Source: an uncultured Pseudactinotalea sp.
GTDB lineage: Bacteria; Actinomycetota; Actinomycetes; Actinomycetales; Beutenbergiaceae
Reading direction: 5' to 3'
Length of the DNA: 32,106 bases
Assembly (NCBI GenBank): GCA_964450475.1
Contig: CAYVDF010000001.1
Span: forward strand, 1 to 32,106
Part shown: piece after piece, positions 16,911-25,610 of the stretch
Numbering within the stretch: the stretch's first letter is position 1
Layout: each line of letters starts with the position of its first letter
Notes under the pieces: model-generated
Told to the model about the DNA's origin: nothing
Database searches by the model: none
The model's input: only the letters and a program-made list of their open reading frames with translations
Program-made: the position numbers and the translations under genes

Positions 16911-19450
16911 TGCTATCGATCACGCTGCGCAACATGCGCACCGGCTGGGTGCGCCTCATCGCTGCCGGCCTAGCCATCATGCTCGGCACCGGCTTCGTTA
17001 CGGCCTCAATGCTCGGCGGCAACGTCATGCAGGAGGCGACCTACCAATCCTTCACGCGCGACTACCGCGGCTACGACGGCCTCATCACCCCAGGCGGCGG
17101 GTCAGAACTAACCCCAGAGGTGACCGCCAAGGTCGAGTCCACTCCCGGCGTCGAACGCATCGAAAACAAGGCAAAGATTGCATCGTTTATCGAGCACTCC
17201 TCCCACCCGCAGTGGGCGATCATGGGGCCGGTTGAGGACTCCTCCACCGACCGCCTCACCGCCGGCGCATTACCGTCTCATGACGGCGAAGCCGCCCTGT
17301 CGGAGCACTACGCCACCGTTCTTGGGTTAGGCATCGGGGATAGCTTTACGACGTCGATCATCGATGGTCGCTCCGATAGCACCGAAGATGCAGTGACCTA
17401 TACGATATCTGGGCTGCTGAAGGTCAGCCCCGACTTCTTCTCTAAAGACACCCATATTCTCATCACGCCGGAAGATTTCAACTCCGAGAGGTTCGCCGCC
17501 GTCACAGCACCCGGCCCTCTCGCCTTCGCCATCGCCGATGGAGCCGACCTCAATGCGGTAGCCGGTGAGCTGCGCACAATGCTCGGTGATGAATTCTCGG
17601 TGACTTCTGTCGCCGAGTTCGCTGACGGCATGATGGAGCACCTCACCGGTGAAGTCGACACGATGCGCAACGTCATTCTCGGGTTCGCGGCAATCGCGCT
17701 CGTCGTTGCAATCCTCGTCATCTCCAACACGTTCTCGGTGCTCGTCGCACAGCGCACGAGGCACCTCGCGCTCCTGCGCACGGTCGGGGCATCGCGAACC
17801 CAGATCCGCCTGTCCGTGCTCGCCGAAGCCCTCGGCCTAGGACTCATCGCCTCGATCGGCGGGGTACTCCTTGGACTCGGCATCATCGCCGGAGCGGTCG
17901 CGTGGCTCGGCAGTGCCATGCCCGGGCTCGATCTGTGGGCGGGCGTCAAGCTCACGCCCGCCGTGTGGCTCACTACGGTCATTACCGGCCTCGTCATCAC
18001 GCTGCTCGCTGGGTGGGAACCCGCCCGTGCCGCTACCAAGGTGCGCCCACTTGAGGCTCTGCACCCCCGCGACCCTGCCCTTGGCACAACCGCAGGAAAG
18101 TTCCGTGCGACGCTCGCAGCCCTGGCGTTCGTTGGCGGGGTGGGGCTCCTCGTTACTGCACTTCTCCTGCGCAGCGATCCATCCTTTGGGCCCGCGATCG
18201 GCCTGGCTGTGGGCATCGCCGGCGGCTTCATCTCCGTCATCGGCATCATGCTTGGCGCAGTCTTCCTCATCTCCTCACTCGTGCGCGTTGTTGGCCGGAT
18301 CTTCGGCCGCGGTGTGCCCGCAACGGTCGCGACGATGGGCGCGATCCGCAACCCCCGCCGCACGGCAACCACGACGACCGCCCTATTCATCGGCGTCGCC
18401 CTCGTCGCGATGATGAGCACCGGGGCAGTGACCGCGAAGAAGACCCTCGACAACAAGCTCTCAGAGATCTTCTACAGCGACATGCAAGCCGTCGCCATGA
18501 CGAATCCCGCTGGCGAGCGCCCGCCTATTTCCACCGAGCAGATCACGGCGCTCCAGGGCCACGAGTCGGTCGCCATGGTCACGACCTTTGCCCGCACCGA
18601 GATGTTCATTGGGGACACGGAATCCGGCATCATGACGCCGCTGGAGGTCACGCGCGCCGGCGCCGAGGTCCCCATTGACTCCTCCGTGCGCACCGGGGTG
18701 CCTCTCGCCGATCTGCAAATCGGAGAGGCGATCATCTCCTCCTACGTTTCGGCGATCACTGGGCTAAAGGCCGGCGATTCCCTGAGCGGCTCGGTGCTGT
18801 CCGGCGAGGATGCGAACCTCACGATCCGCGCCGTCGCCGATTCGCTCCCTGGCATCATCGTCAACCGCGACACGTTCCTCACCCTCGCGCCCGACGCTGG
18901 CCCGCGCCACCTGATCATCGAGTTCACTCCAGGTGCCGATCCCGTGCCAGCCACCACCGATATCGAGGAACTCCTCGCCGCCACGCCGGGTGCGTACGTG
19001 CAGACGTACTCCGGTGCGGTCGAGCGCGAAGGCTACACCGGGGCCATCGATATGCTCCTGCTCATCGTCAGCGCCCTGCTCGCCGTCGCCGTGGTCATCT
19101 CGCTCGTCGGGGTCGCCAATACCCTGTCGCTGTCGGTCATTGAACGACGGCGTGAGTCGGCTACGTTGCGTGCCCTCGGCTTGACCACCGGTCAGCTCCG
19201 CACCTCGCTCGCCATCGAAGGAACGCTCATCGCGCTCCTTGGAGCGATCGTCGGGGTAGTCGCCGGCCTCGCCTACGGCTGGTCTGGCGCCTACGTCGTG
19301 CTCCAAGGCATGGCCGACGTCGTCATCGCTGTGCCGTGGGGAACCATCGCCGCGGTCTTCATCGTCGCAGTCGCTGCGGGAATGCTCGCATCGGTGATTC
19401 CGGCGCGCTCAGCAGTGCGAATCGCCCCGGTGGCCGCGCTAGCGGAGTAG
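16910..19450 (+). CDS. ABC transporter permease with two FtsX-like domains (antimicrobial-peptide exporter type)
   Basis: Duplicated FtsX motifs (NTFSVLVAQRTRHLALLRTVGAS; NTLSLSVIERRRESATLRALG) and two extracellular domains; TGATG overlap with the ATPase. Confidence 0.93.
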   Translation: MLSITLRNMRTGWVRLIAAGLAIMLGTGFVTASMLGGNVMQEATYQSFTRDYRGYDGLITPGGGSELTPEVTAKVESTPGVERIENKAKIASFIEHSSHPQWAIMGPVEDSSTDRLTAGALPSHDGEAALSEHYATVLGLGIGDSFTTSIIDGRSDSTEDAVTYTISGLLKVSPDFFSKDTHILITPEDFNSERFAAVTAPGPLAFAIADGADLNAVAGELRTMLGDEFSVTSVAEFADGMMEHLTGEVDTMRNVILGFAAIALVVAILVISNTFSVLVAQRTRHLALLRTVGASRTQIRLSVLAEALGLGLIASIGGVLLGLGIIAGAVAWLGSAMPGLDLWAGVKLTPAVWLTTVITGLVITLLAGWEPARAATKVRPLEALHPRDPALGTTAGKFRATLAALAFVGGVGLLVTALLLRSDPSFGPAIGLAVGIAGGFISVIGIMLGAVFLISSLVRVVGRIFGRGVPATVATMGAIRNPRRTATTTTALFIGVALVAMMSTGAVTAKKTLDNKLSEIFYSDMQAVAMTNPAGERPPISTEQITALQGHESVAMVTTFARTEMFIGDTESGIMTPLEVTRAGAEVPIDSSVRTGVPLADLQIGEAIISSYVSAITGLKAGDSLSGSVLSGEDANLTIRAVADSLPGIIVNRDTFLTLAPDAGPRHLIIEFTPGADPVPATTDIEELLAATPGAYVQTYSGAVEREGYTGAIDMLLLIVSALLAVAVVISLVGVANTLSLSVIERRRESATLRALGLTTGQLRTSLAIEGTLIALLGAIVGVVAGLAYGWSGAYVVLQGMADVVIAVPWGTIAAVFIVAVAAGMLASVIPARSAVRIAPVAALAE

Positions 19451-19474
19451 AACCTCACGTCGCTTTCCGGCGCC

Positions 19475-19523
19475 AACTGGGGCGGGCCAACATTCGTGGA
19501 GATCCGCCCCAGTTTCTTCTTTT
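19475..19523 (+). terminator. Intrinsic terminator after the ABC permease
   Basis: aactggggcgg (19475-19485) pairs with ccgccccagtt (19504-19514), followed by tcttctttt. Confidence 0.8.
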
Positions 19524-19614
19524 CCGTGCGCGGCTGTATCTACAACGCCGCTGGAATCCACACAAACCCCACGCTGTCGGGTCACGGGCACGTACGTGCA
19601 GCGATGGTTGGCCC

Positions 19615-22600
19615 ATGTGGAAACGGGTATACCTGGCAACAATTCGCGGGCCAGATCTTGGGCACGCCATCGAACTGGGAACAGCGGGCCGTAATCTCCC
19701 CGACGCACCCGGTATCGTCATCGGACGAGGCTCTCTCGCCGATCACGCCGTAGACGATCCCGCCCTTCTTCCCATCCACTTCACCGCCCGCGCAAGCACC
19801 AACCGCCTCGGCCTGCCCGGAGCTCGGATCAGCCCCTCTAGGCTCCTCCCACCGCGCTTTGGCCGCGCTCCACGTCCCCGCCATGTTCCTATCGGATGGC
19901 GTTTTCGTTACGGTGCGTCAACCTTCGAAGTGCGCACCGATCCACAGCCCGTACGCGACTCCAGCGATCGAATCCGCCAGGCGCTGGTGCGCTCACTTCC
20001 ACTCGCCGCGTCGCTCGGGTTGGTTGCGATGTGGATTATCCCTGGCGCAGGTCCGTGGCCACTCATCGCCTCGGGAATCCTCACCCCTGCCGCGATGATG
20101 TTCGCGTCCAGAACAGCCGCGCAGAAACTTCCCGATCCCGCCAGTTTCCGTCGCCACGGCACCAGCTCTACCCCGGCTGACCCATCTACGGGGTGGCGGC
20201 TTGATCTCGGCAACGCTACCCATCGGTGGGCGAGGCGCACGAAAATAATTTCTCTTCAGCACGGTGATGTGCTCGGAATTGCTGGGCCGGGTGCCGCCGG
20301 CCTTTCTCGCTGGGTCCGTGCCCAACTTATCGCCTATGGCGGGCAGCCGAAATCCACGGTCGCTGGCGGGGCGGAAAATAATTTTTTTATTTTCCCCGCC
20401 GCAAATGGCGCATTCAGCGCAGATCCTAGCGCACCGCACGTTACGGTTATCACCGCACCAACGCCGACCCTCCTTCCGCACGGTGTCACGATCAGCATCA
20501 CGGCTAGTGCTGGCCATAACCGTGACCTGAGCGAATCCTGGTTCGATGCTGCGACGCAGGCGGCCGAAACAGTCGCACTGCCCGCGAACGCAGATGTGCG
20601 CGAGCACCTGCCGGCCGACGTCGCAACCACGTGGCAGCGAAGCGACTCTCGGCTATGTACCCCAATCGGGGTAGGCCTCAACGGGGAATCTCTCGAACTC
20701 GTCGAGGTCGATCTCGCCGGGGATTCTCCACACGCGGTGATTGCGGGAACGACAGGTGCGGGCAAATCTGAACTGCTGACCGCCTGGCTTCTTGGGCTCG
20801 CGATGCGCTACCCGCCAGCCCACGTGACGATGGCGCTCGTTGATTACAAAGGCGGGGCGACCTTCGGTGCCCTCGCCAGGCTCCCCCACGTGCTCGATGT
20901 TCTGACCGACCTCGATCACGACGCAACCACACGCGCGCTTGAAAGCTTGCGCGTCGAAATTCAGCGACGTGAGCGCCTCTTCTCTCAGGCCGAAGTCGCT
21001 AACCTCTCCGAATACAACGCGCAGGCTCGCGAGCCGATTGCGCGGTTGATCATCGCCGTTGATGAGTTCAGAGTGCTCGCCGATGAATACCCGGACGTTC
21101 TCGAGCAGGTCATGCGGGTTGCCGCGCAGGGCCGCTCGCTCGGCCTGCACGTCATCCTCGCAACCCAGCGCCCCGGTGGAACGATGACCCCTGACATTCG
21201 GGCGAACATGGGGCTGCGCGCGTGCCTACGCGTGGTGGAGGAAACCGATTCGATCGATATCCTCGGCACTCCCGCAGCCGCGCGGCTGCCCGCAACCCCC
21301 GGGCGCATGATCCTCCTCGATGAACATCCGCGAACTGTTCAGACGCTCTGGGCGGGAGATGACTGCATGGATCTCGTCAAGAGATGCGGCACCGCTGCCG
21401 CCGAGCTCCCCCACCTCGCGCGCCTCCATCGCCCGTGGGCGCCTCCACTCCCAACGCACCTCGTTCAGATCCCAGCCGCGCCACCCGGTGAGATCACCCT
21501 TGGCCTCGCCGACCTCCCAGCCGAGCAACGCCACGGACCGTGGACCATCCACCCGCACGGCCTTCTCGCGATCAGCGGGGATGCCGGCTCTGGACGAACC
21601 TCCGCGGCACGCGTCGTCGCTCTAGACCTGATGCAAGCAGGTATCGCGGTACACACGATCGCGCACGCGCCACTTCTCCCAGGCGCGCCCGGTTCCCACG
21701 TGAGCCCAAGCGATCCGCCGGCGTGCTACGCGCTCCTTCGCGCCCTGGGCGAGAGTGAGGGCGCCGATGCGCTTATCATTGACGACCTCAACTCCGCGCT
21801 CGAAGCGATTGATGAGGCACTCGGGATGGGTGAAGCCCCCGGGTTCATGCACGAGCTGCTCCGCACTACCCGGCGGCGCGGCGGCTTCGTGGCCGTCACC
21901 ACCGGGTTGCCCATCCCGTCATGGCTCTCACCGAACGAACGGCTCGTGTTCCCACCGACCGATCCGCAGCAGCGCCTTCTTGCCGGGCTCTCGGCATCAA
22001 AATCGCCTCCACCTCCGCCGGGCCGCGCCCTCGCCCTGAGGAACGCTCGAGAAGTTGCGATCCAGGTGCCACTTCTCGACCCAAATGCCGCACGCAGCGC
22101 CAAAGCAGCGCTCGCGGCGCCGTCATTCACAGTTCGTCCCGTGCCGCGGCGAGTCGACATTCCGGCCGACTCAGCTCTTGGTCTGTGCATCGGGATCGAT
22201 AGCGAGGGCGCGCACGTCACGCTCCCGTGCGAACCAGGCAAGGTCACTCTCCTCGTGGCTCAACCAGGTGGCGGCAAGACCCACCTCGGCCGGCTCATCC
22301 TTGCGCGCGCCTCCCTCGCGGGTCGACCGGCTAACAGCGTCACGTTCATCGATGATCTGCAGCTCGCTGCGCATGAGGACCTCGACGCCCACGCAGTCGC
22401 CCTCGAACACGGGGCGCATCTCGTCATCGCGGCCACGCCTGAGGGGCTATCGAGCGGATTCCATCCGATTCTGACCCGAGTTCGTCATGCCGAGCACACG
22501 ATCTATCTCGGCCTCATGCCGCGTTCAGTCGTCGGGATCAACCTCGCAACATATATTGCCCCCGGGATCATCGGTCGCGCTGCGCTCGCCCATCGCGGGC

Positions 22601-22659
22601 GCATGAGGACTCTGCAGATCGACTCAGGCGCAGCACTGCTGGAGCCGGCGCCGAGATGA
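19615..22659 (+). CDS. FHA-like + TM + FtsK/SpoIIIE ATPase protein (EccC/EssC-like architecture)
   Basis: Start reassigned to ATG at 19615. Degenerate FHA (VIGRG...DD...H), two TM helices, ATPase 1 (PHAVIAGTTGAGKSE, VDYKGG, AVDEF, GRSLGLHVILATQRP), and weaker ATPases 2 (GDAGSGRTS) and 3 (AQPGGGKT). Confidence 0.85.
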   Translation: MWKRVYLATIRGPDLGHAIELGTAGRNLPDAPGIVIGRGSLADHAVDDPALLPIHFTARASTNRLGLPGARISPSRLLPPRFGRAPRPRHVPIGWRFRYGASTFEVRTDPQPVRDSSDRIRQALVRSLPLAASLGLVAMWIIPGAGPWPLIASGILTPAAMMFASRTAAQKLPDPASFRRHGTSSTPADPSTGWRLDLGNATHRWARRTKIISLQHGDVLGIAGPGAAGLSRWVRAQLIAYGGQPKSTVAGGAENNFFIFPAANGAFSADPSAPHVTVITAPTPTLLPHGVTISITASAGHNRDLSESWFDAATQAAETVALPANADVREHLPADVATTWQRSDSRLCTPIGVGLNGESLELVEVDLAGDSPHAVIAGTTGAGKSELLTAWLLGLAMRYPPAHVTMALVDYKGGATFGALARLPHVLDVLTDLDHDATTRALESLRVEIQRRERLFSQAEVANLSEYNAQAREPIARLIIAVDEFRVLADEYPDVLEQVMRVAAQGRSLGLHVILATQRPGGTMTPDIRANMGLRACLRVVEETDSIDILGTPAAARLPATPGRMILLDEHPRTVQTLWAGDDCMDLVKRCGTAAAELPHLARLHRPWAPPLPTHLVQIPAAPPGEITLGLADLPAEQRHGPWTIHPHGLLAISGDAGSGRTSAARVVALDLMQAGIAVHTIAHAPLLPGAPGSHVSPSDPPACYALLRALGESEGADALIIDDLNSALEAIDEALGMGEAPGFMHELLRTTRRRGGFVAVTTGLPIPSWLSPNERLVFPPTDPQQRLLAGLSASKSPPPPPGRALALRNAREVAIQVPLLDPNAARSAKAALAAPSFTVRPVPRRVDIPADSALGLCIGIDSEGAHVTLPCEPGKVTLLVAQPGGGKTHLGRLILARASLAGRPANSVTFIDDLQLAAHEDLDAHAVALEHGAHLVIAATPEGLSSGFHPILTRVRHAEHTIYLGLMPRSVVGINLATYIAPGIIGRAALAHRGRMRTLQIDSGAALLEPAPR

Positions 22660-22662
22660 GTT

Positions 22663-23088
22663 CTACGCGGGCGCGTCGTGATCGGGTTCGCGAAGCACGC
22701 CGTCCGTAGCTTGAAGAGAACCGGGGGCGAGGATGGCAATGACGGCAAAAATGCTTACGAGGCCAACGGCCCACGCGGCGGGCTTACCGATGACGTCGGA
22801 CATCGTCACGGCTGTGAAGAACTGAAGCAGCTGCCATGCAACGACCGGGCCGCGGCCCCACCGCATGCCGCGCCAAAGGGCTCGCAGGCCAAGAAAAAGC
22901 AGGCCGGCGAACAGCAGGATGACTGCGGAGAACGTCAGCGCGTAGCCCCAGCCGCTCATGACGCCGGTTGGGCGGTCGATGAGCATCCACACGGCCGCAA
23001 CGATGAGCCCGAGGATCTCTAAGCCAATGATCGCAAAGCCCACAAGGAGGAGTGCGGGGCGCTGGGTGCTGCTGGCGGGAGTATTCAC
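22663..23088 (-). CDS. Small integral membrane protein divergent from whiB1 (Rv3217c-like by position)
   Basis: About four hydrophobic segments, GMRWGRGPVVAWQLL. Start reassigned to GTG at 23088 (TACAGT at 23096-23101, N7, GTG). Confidence 0.75.
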   Translation of the reverse strand: MNTPASSTQRPALLLVGFAIIGLEILGLIVAAVWMLIDRPTGVMSGWGYALTFSAVILLFAGLLFLGLRALWRGMRWGRGPVVAWQLLQFFTAVTMSDVIGKPAAWAVGLVSIFAVIAILAPGSLQATDGVLREPDHDAPA

Positions 23089-23235
23089 GCTTCCCACTGT
23101 AGTTGCACGCACGGGATGGGAGCGCCCGATCGCGGCCGCGGATGAAGAACGCAACCGGCTCCTAGCATTGAGTTATCACAGTTTCTGGCGCTTGCGCTAT
23201 GAAGGAAATCTCACAGGCAATTGTGGCATTTACCC

Positions 23236-23264
23236 TTGTGTAGAACGCAAACACATGTGAAAGT
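23236..23264 (+). promoter_or_regulatory. Putative whiB1 promoter
   Basis: TTGTGT (23236-23241)-N17-GAAAGT (23259-23264) in the AT-richer intergenic region; the -10 is non-canonical. Confidence 0.45.
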
Positions 23265-23366
23265 AGGTAACAGTTCAACCATTAAGCCGAGTTACTCCGC
23301 CTTAGACCCCACCGATGTGGGGTTTTCGTGTGCTTGTTCTCGCTGTGCCCTAAGGAGATATCGCTG

Positions 23367-23618
23367 ATGGACTGGCGTAGTCGCGCTGCTTGCCTCACTG
23401 AAGACCCCGAGCTCTTCTTCCCCATTGGCAACACCGGGCCAGCCCTCGTGCAGATCGAAGAGGCCAAGACGGTGTGCCGCCAGTGCCCCGTGGTTGACAC
23501 GTGCCTGAAGTGGGCGATGGAGACCGGCCAGGATGCCGGTGTGTGGGGCGGAATGTCTGAAGACGAACGCCGCTCGCTCAAGCGCCGCAACGCTCGCGCC
23601 CGCCGCGCCCGCTCCTAA
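23367..23618 (+). CDS. whiB1: WhiB family Fe-S transcription factor, WhiB1/WblE
   Basis: MDWRSRAAC..EDPELFFPIGNTGPA, C-x2-C-x5-C, GQDAGVWGGMSEDERR; SD AAGGAG at 23352-23357; convergent with pdtaS. Confidence 0.95.
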   Translation: MDWRSRAACLTEDPELFFPIGNTGPALVQIEEAKTVCRQCPVVDTCLKWAMETGQDAGVWGGMSEDERRSLKRRNARARRARS

Positions 23619-25084
23619 GTCGTCACGGTCGGCACGTTCACCGGAACGGTGAGCTCGACCTTCGTGCCCCCACCAGGGTTTTCCGACCACTCGATCGTTC
23701 CGCCGAGTTCGGTCTCCGTCAGCGTGCGTACGATCTGAGTACCCAGGCCCGAGCCAACGCGCCCACCGGCACCTTCACCATCGTCGGCGACGGTCACCCG
23801 AAGCATGCCGCCTGAGCGCCCCGTTGAGACGACAATTCGCCCACCTTTCGTTGTGAATCCGTGTTCGACGGCGTTCGTAACGAGTTCAGTGAGCACCACC
23901 GCTAGCGCTGTAGCATGGCTTGCGTGAATCGTGCCGAATTTGCCATCGCGCACGAACTCCACCTCGACGTTCGATGTGCGTGCGGCCTCCGCCGCCATCG
24001 AAAGCGTGCGACCGAAGACCTCGTCAAAGTTGACTGTCTCATCGATCGTTTGCGAGAGCGCTTCGTGGACCGTCGCGATCGTTGCGACGCGGCGCATCGC
24101 CTCGTCGAGCGCCGTGCGCACCTTGCGTGAATCACTTCGGCGAGCCTGGAGCCGCAACAGCGCCGCCACGGTCTGAAGATTGTTCTTGACGCGGTGGTGA
24201 ATCTCGCGGATCGTCGCATCCTTCGTCATCAGTTCACGCTCTCGGCGTCGCAGCTCCGACACATCACGCACGAGCAGCACCGATCCCGTGCGCTCCCCGT
24301 AGGCCTTGATCGGGATGGCTCGCAGCGAGAGCGCCACGCCCCCTGATTCCACATCTGCGCGCCAGGCTGCCCGCCCCATGATCACTAACGGCAGCGACTC
24401 ATCAACTTCACCAGCCGATTCATCCAGCAGCGGGGTCACGACCTCCGCGAGCGGCTGCCCGACGATCTCCCCCGTGACTCCGAGGCGGTGAAACGCCGAG
24501 GAGGCGTTCGGCGAGGCGTAAATAACTTCGCCCTCGGCGTTGAGGCGCACGAGTCCGTCCCCAACTCGGGGTGCCCCGCGCCGTCTTCCCGTCGCCGCAC
24601 CGGCTGAGGGGAACTCGCCGCGGGCGATCATTTCAAAGATTTCATCCGCCGATTGAACGTAGTTGAGTTCAAGCCGGCTTGGCGTACGGCTGGCGCCAAG
24701 GTGGGTTTGGCGTGCGATCACGGCGATGCTTCGGCCATCGCGCACGACCGGGATTGCTTCTTCTCGAATCGCGTACGCACCCGTCCACTTAACTTCGCTG
24801 CCGCGCACCATCTGCTGACTCTGACTCGCTTCATCGAGCAAGGGGACGAGAGATTTCGGGGAGTGCACCCCGATAATGTCCTCGTGGTGCACGGTGGCCG
24901 CGGTTGAGGGGCGGCAGTGAGCGATCGAAACATAGTCGCCGTCGCCGACCGGTAACCACAACACGAGGTCCGCAAATGCGAGGTCGGAAATCACCTGCCA
25001 GTCTCCGACTAACAGGTGTAACCATTCAGCGTCTGCGGGCTCGGCACTTCCGTATCGCTCGAGCAAATTACTCATCGTGGACAC
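23615..25084 (-). CDS. pdtaS: Cytoplasmic GAF-PAS sensor histidine kinase PdtaS (HisKA_2)
   Basis: WQVISDLAFADLVLW, CRPST, PRVGDGLVRL, H-box EIHHRVKNNLQ, ELVTNAVEHG; no TM segments; tail-to-tail with whiB1 as in mycobacteria. Start reassigned to GTG at 25084. Confidence 0.9.
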   Translation of the reverse strand: MSTMSNLLERYGSAEPADAEWLHLLVGDWQVISDLAFADLVLWLPVGDGDYVSIAHCRPSTAATVHHEDIIGVHSPKSLVPLLDEASQSQQMVRGSEVKWTGAYAIREEAIPVVRDGRSIAVIARQTHLGASRTPSRLELNYVQSADEIFEMIARGEFPSAGAATGRRRGAPRVGDGLVRLNAEGEVIYASPNASSAFHRLGVTGEIVGQPLAEVVTPLLDESAGEVDESLPLVIMGRAAWRADVESGGVALSLRAIPIKAYGERTGSVLLVRDVSELRRRERELMTKDATIREIHHRVKNNLQTVAALLRLQARRSDSRKVRTALDEAMRRVATIATVHEALSQTIDETVNFDEVFGRTLSMAAEAARTSNVEVEFVRDGKFGTIHASHATALAVVLTELVTNAVEHGFTTKGGRIVVSTGRSGGMLRVTVADDGEGAGGRVGSGLGTQIVRTLTETELGGTIEWSENPGGGTKVELTVPVNVPTVTT

Positions 25085-25090
25085 ACTCAT

Positions 25091-25100
25091 AGCCTAGAGT
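25091..25100. promoter_or_regulatory. Bidirectional overlapping -10 elements (AGCCTAGAGT)
   Basis: Minus strand TAGGCT (25096-25091)-N6-GTG of pdtaS; plus strand TAGAGT (25095-25100)-N6-ATG of DUF2505. Confidence 0.65.
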
Positions 25101-25106
25101 GTTTGT

Positions 25107-25604
25107 ATGCACTTCAACGCCACCGCCACGTACCCCGCCCCCGCCTCCAAGGTCGCAGAACTCTTCACTAACCCCGAATTTATCGACGCTAAAATCGTGG
25201 CCTCGCGCGCCACTGACGGCGAAAAAACCATCACCGGTGACGCCTCTGGCACCTTCACCGTCGAGACCACGCGCACAATGCCCAAGGAGCTCGTGCCCGC
25301 GCAGTTTCAGAAGTTCCTTCCCTCCGGAATCACGCTGACCCTCGTCGAAGCGTGGGGTGAGCCCGACGCCGACTGCAACCGCTCCGGCGATATCTCGCTG
25401 AAGATTGCGGGCCTTCCAGCCTCCGCTGCCGGCACGTGCACACTGGAGAACTCAGGCGATGGGGCATCCACGCTCACGTATGACGGCGACGTCGAGGTCA
25501 AGATCCCGATCTTTGGCTCCAAGGTCGAAAAGCTGGCCGTCGACGCCCTCGAGGATGTCATGCGCCTAGAGCGCGATCTCGCCACCACCTGGCTCGAGTC
25601 GTAA
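25107..25604 (+). CDS. DUF2505 domain protein (actinobacterial, START/SRPBCC-like)
   Basis: YPAPASKV..., EAWG, VEVKIPIFGSKVEK, ...TWL pattern recognised from this family; 165 aa. Confidence 0.8.
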   Translation: MHFNATATYPAPASKVAELFTNPEFIDAKIVASRATDGEKTITGDASGTFTVETTRTMPKELVPAQFQKFLPSGITLTLVEAWGEPDADCNRSGDISLKIAGLPASAAGTCTLENSGDGASTLTYDGDVEVKIPIFGSKVEKLAVDALEDVMRLERDLATTWLES

Positions 25605-25610
25605 GAGTAA

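Noticed and set aside
17398-18456. 352-aa antisense ORF within the ABC permease (and similar long antisense frames elsewhere)
   Set aside because: Low-complexity Ala/Arg/Pro/Ser/Thr translation, expected from the codon bias of the sense gene.
19536-19562. Two DnaA-box-like 9-mers (gtatctaca, gaatccaca) upstream of the FtsK-like gene
   Set aside because: Each has two mismatches to TTATCCACA and there is no origin context; too weak to call.
19336-19614. 93-aa N-terminal extension of the FtsK-like ORF
   Set aside because: It overlaps the ABC permease and crosses an intrinsic terminator; domain-like sequence begins at ATG 19615.
23165-23215. CRP sites upstream of whiB1 (two TCACA half-sites)
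   Set aside because: Neither has a matching TGTGA half at 6-nt spacing (the best is TATGA-N8-TCACA). Plausible by analogy with mycobacteria but not supportable here.
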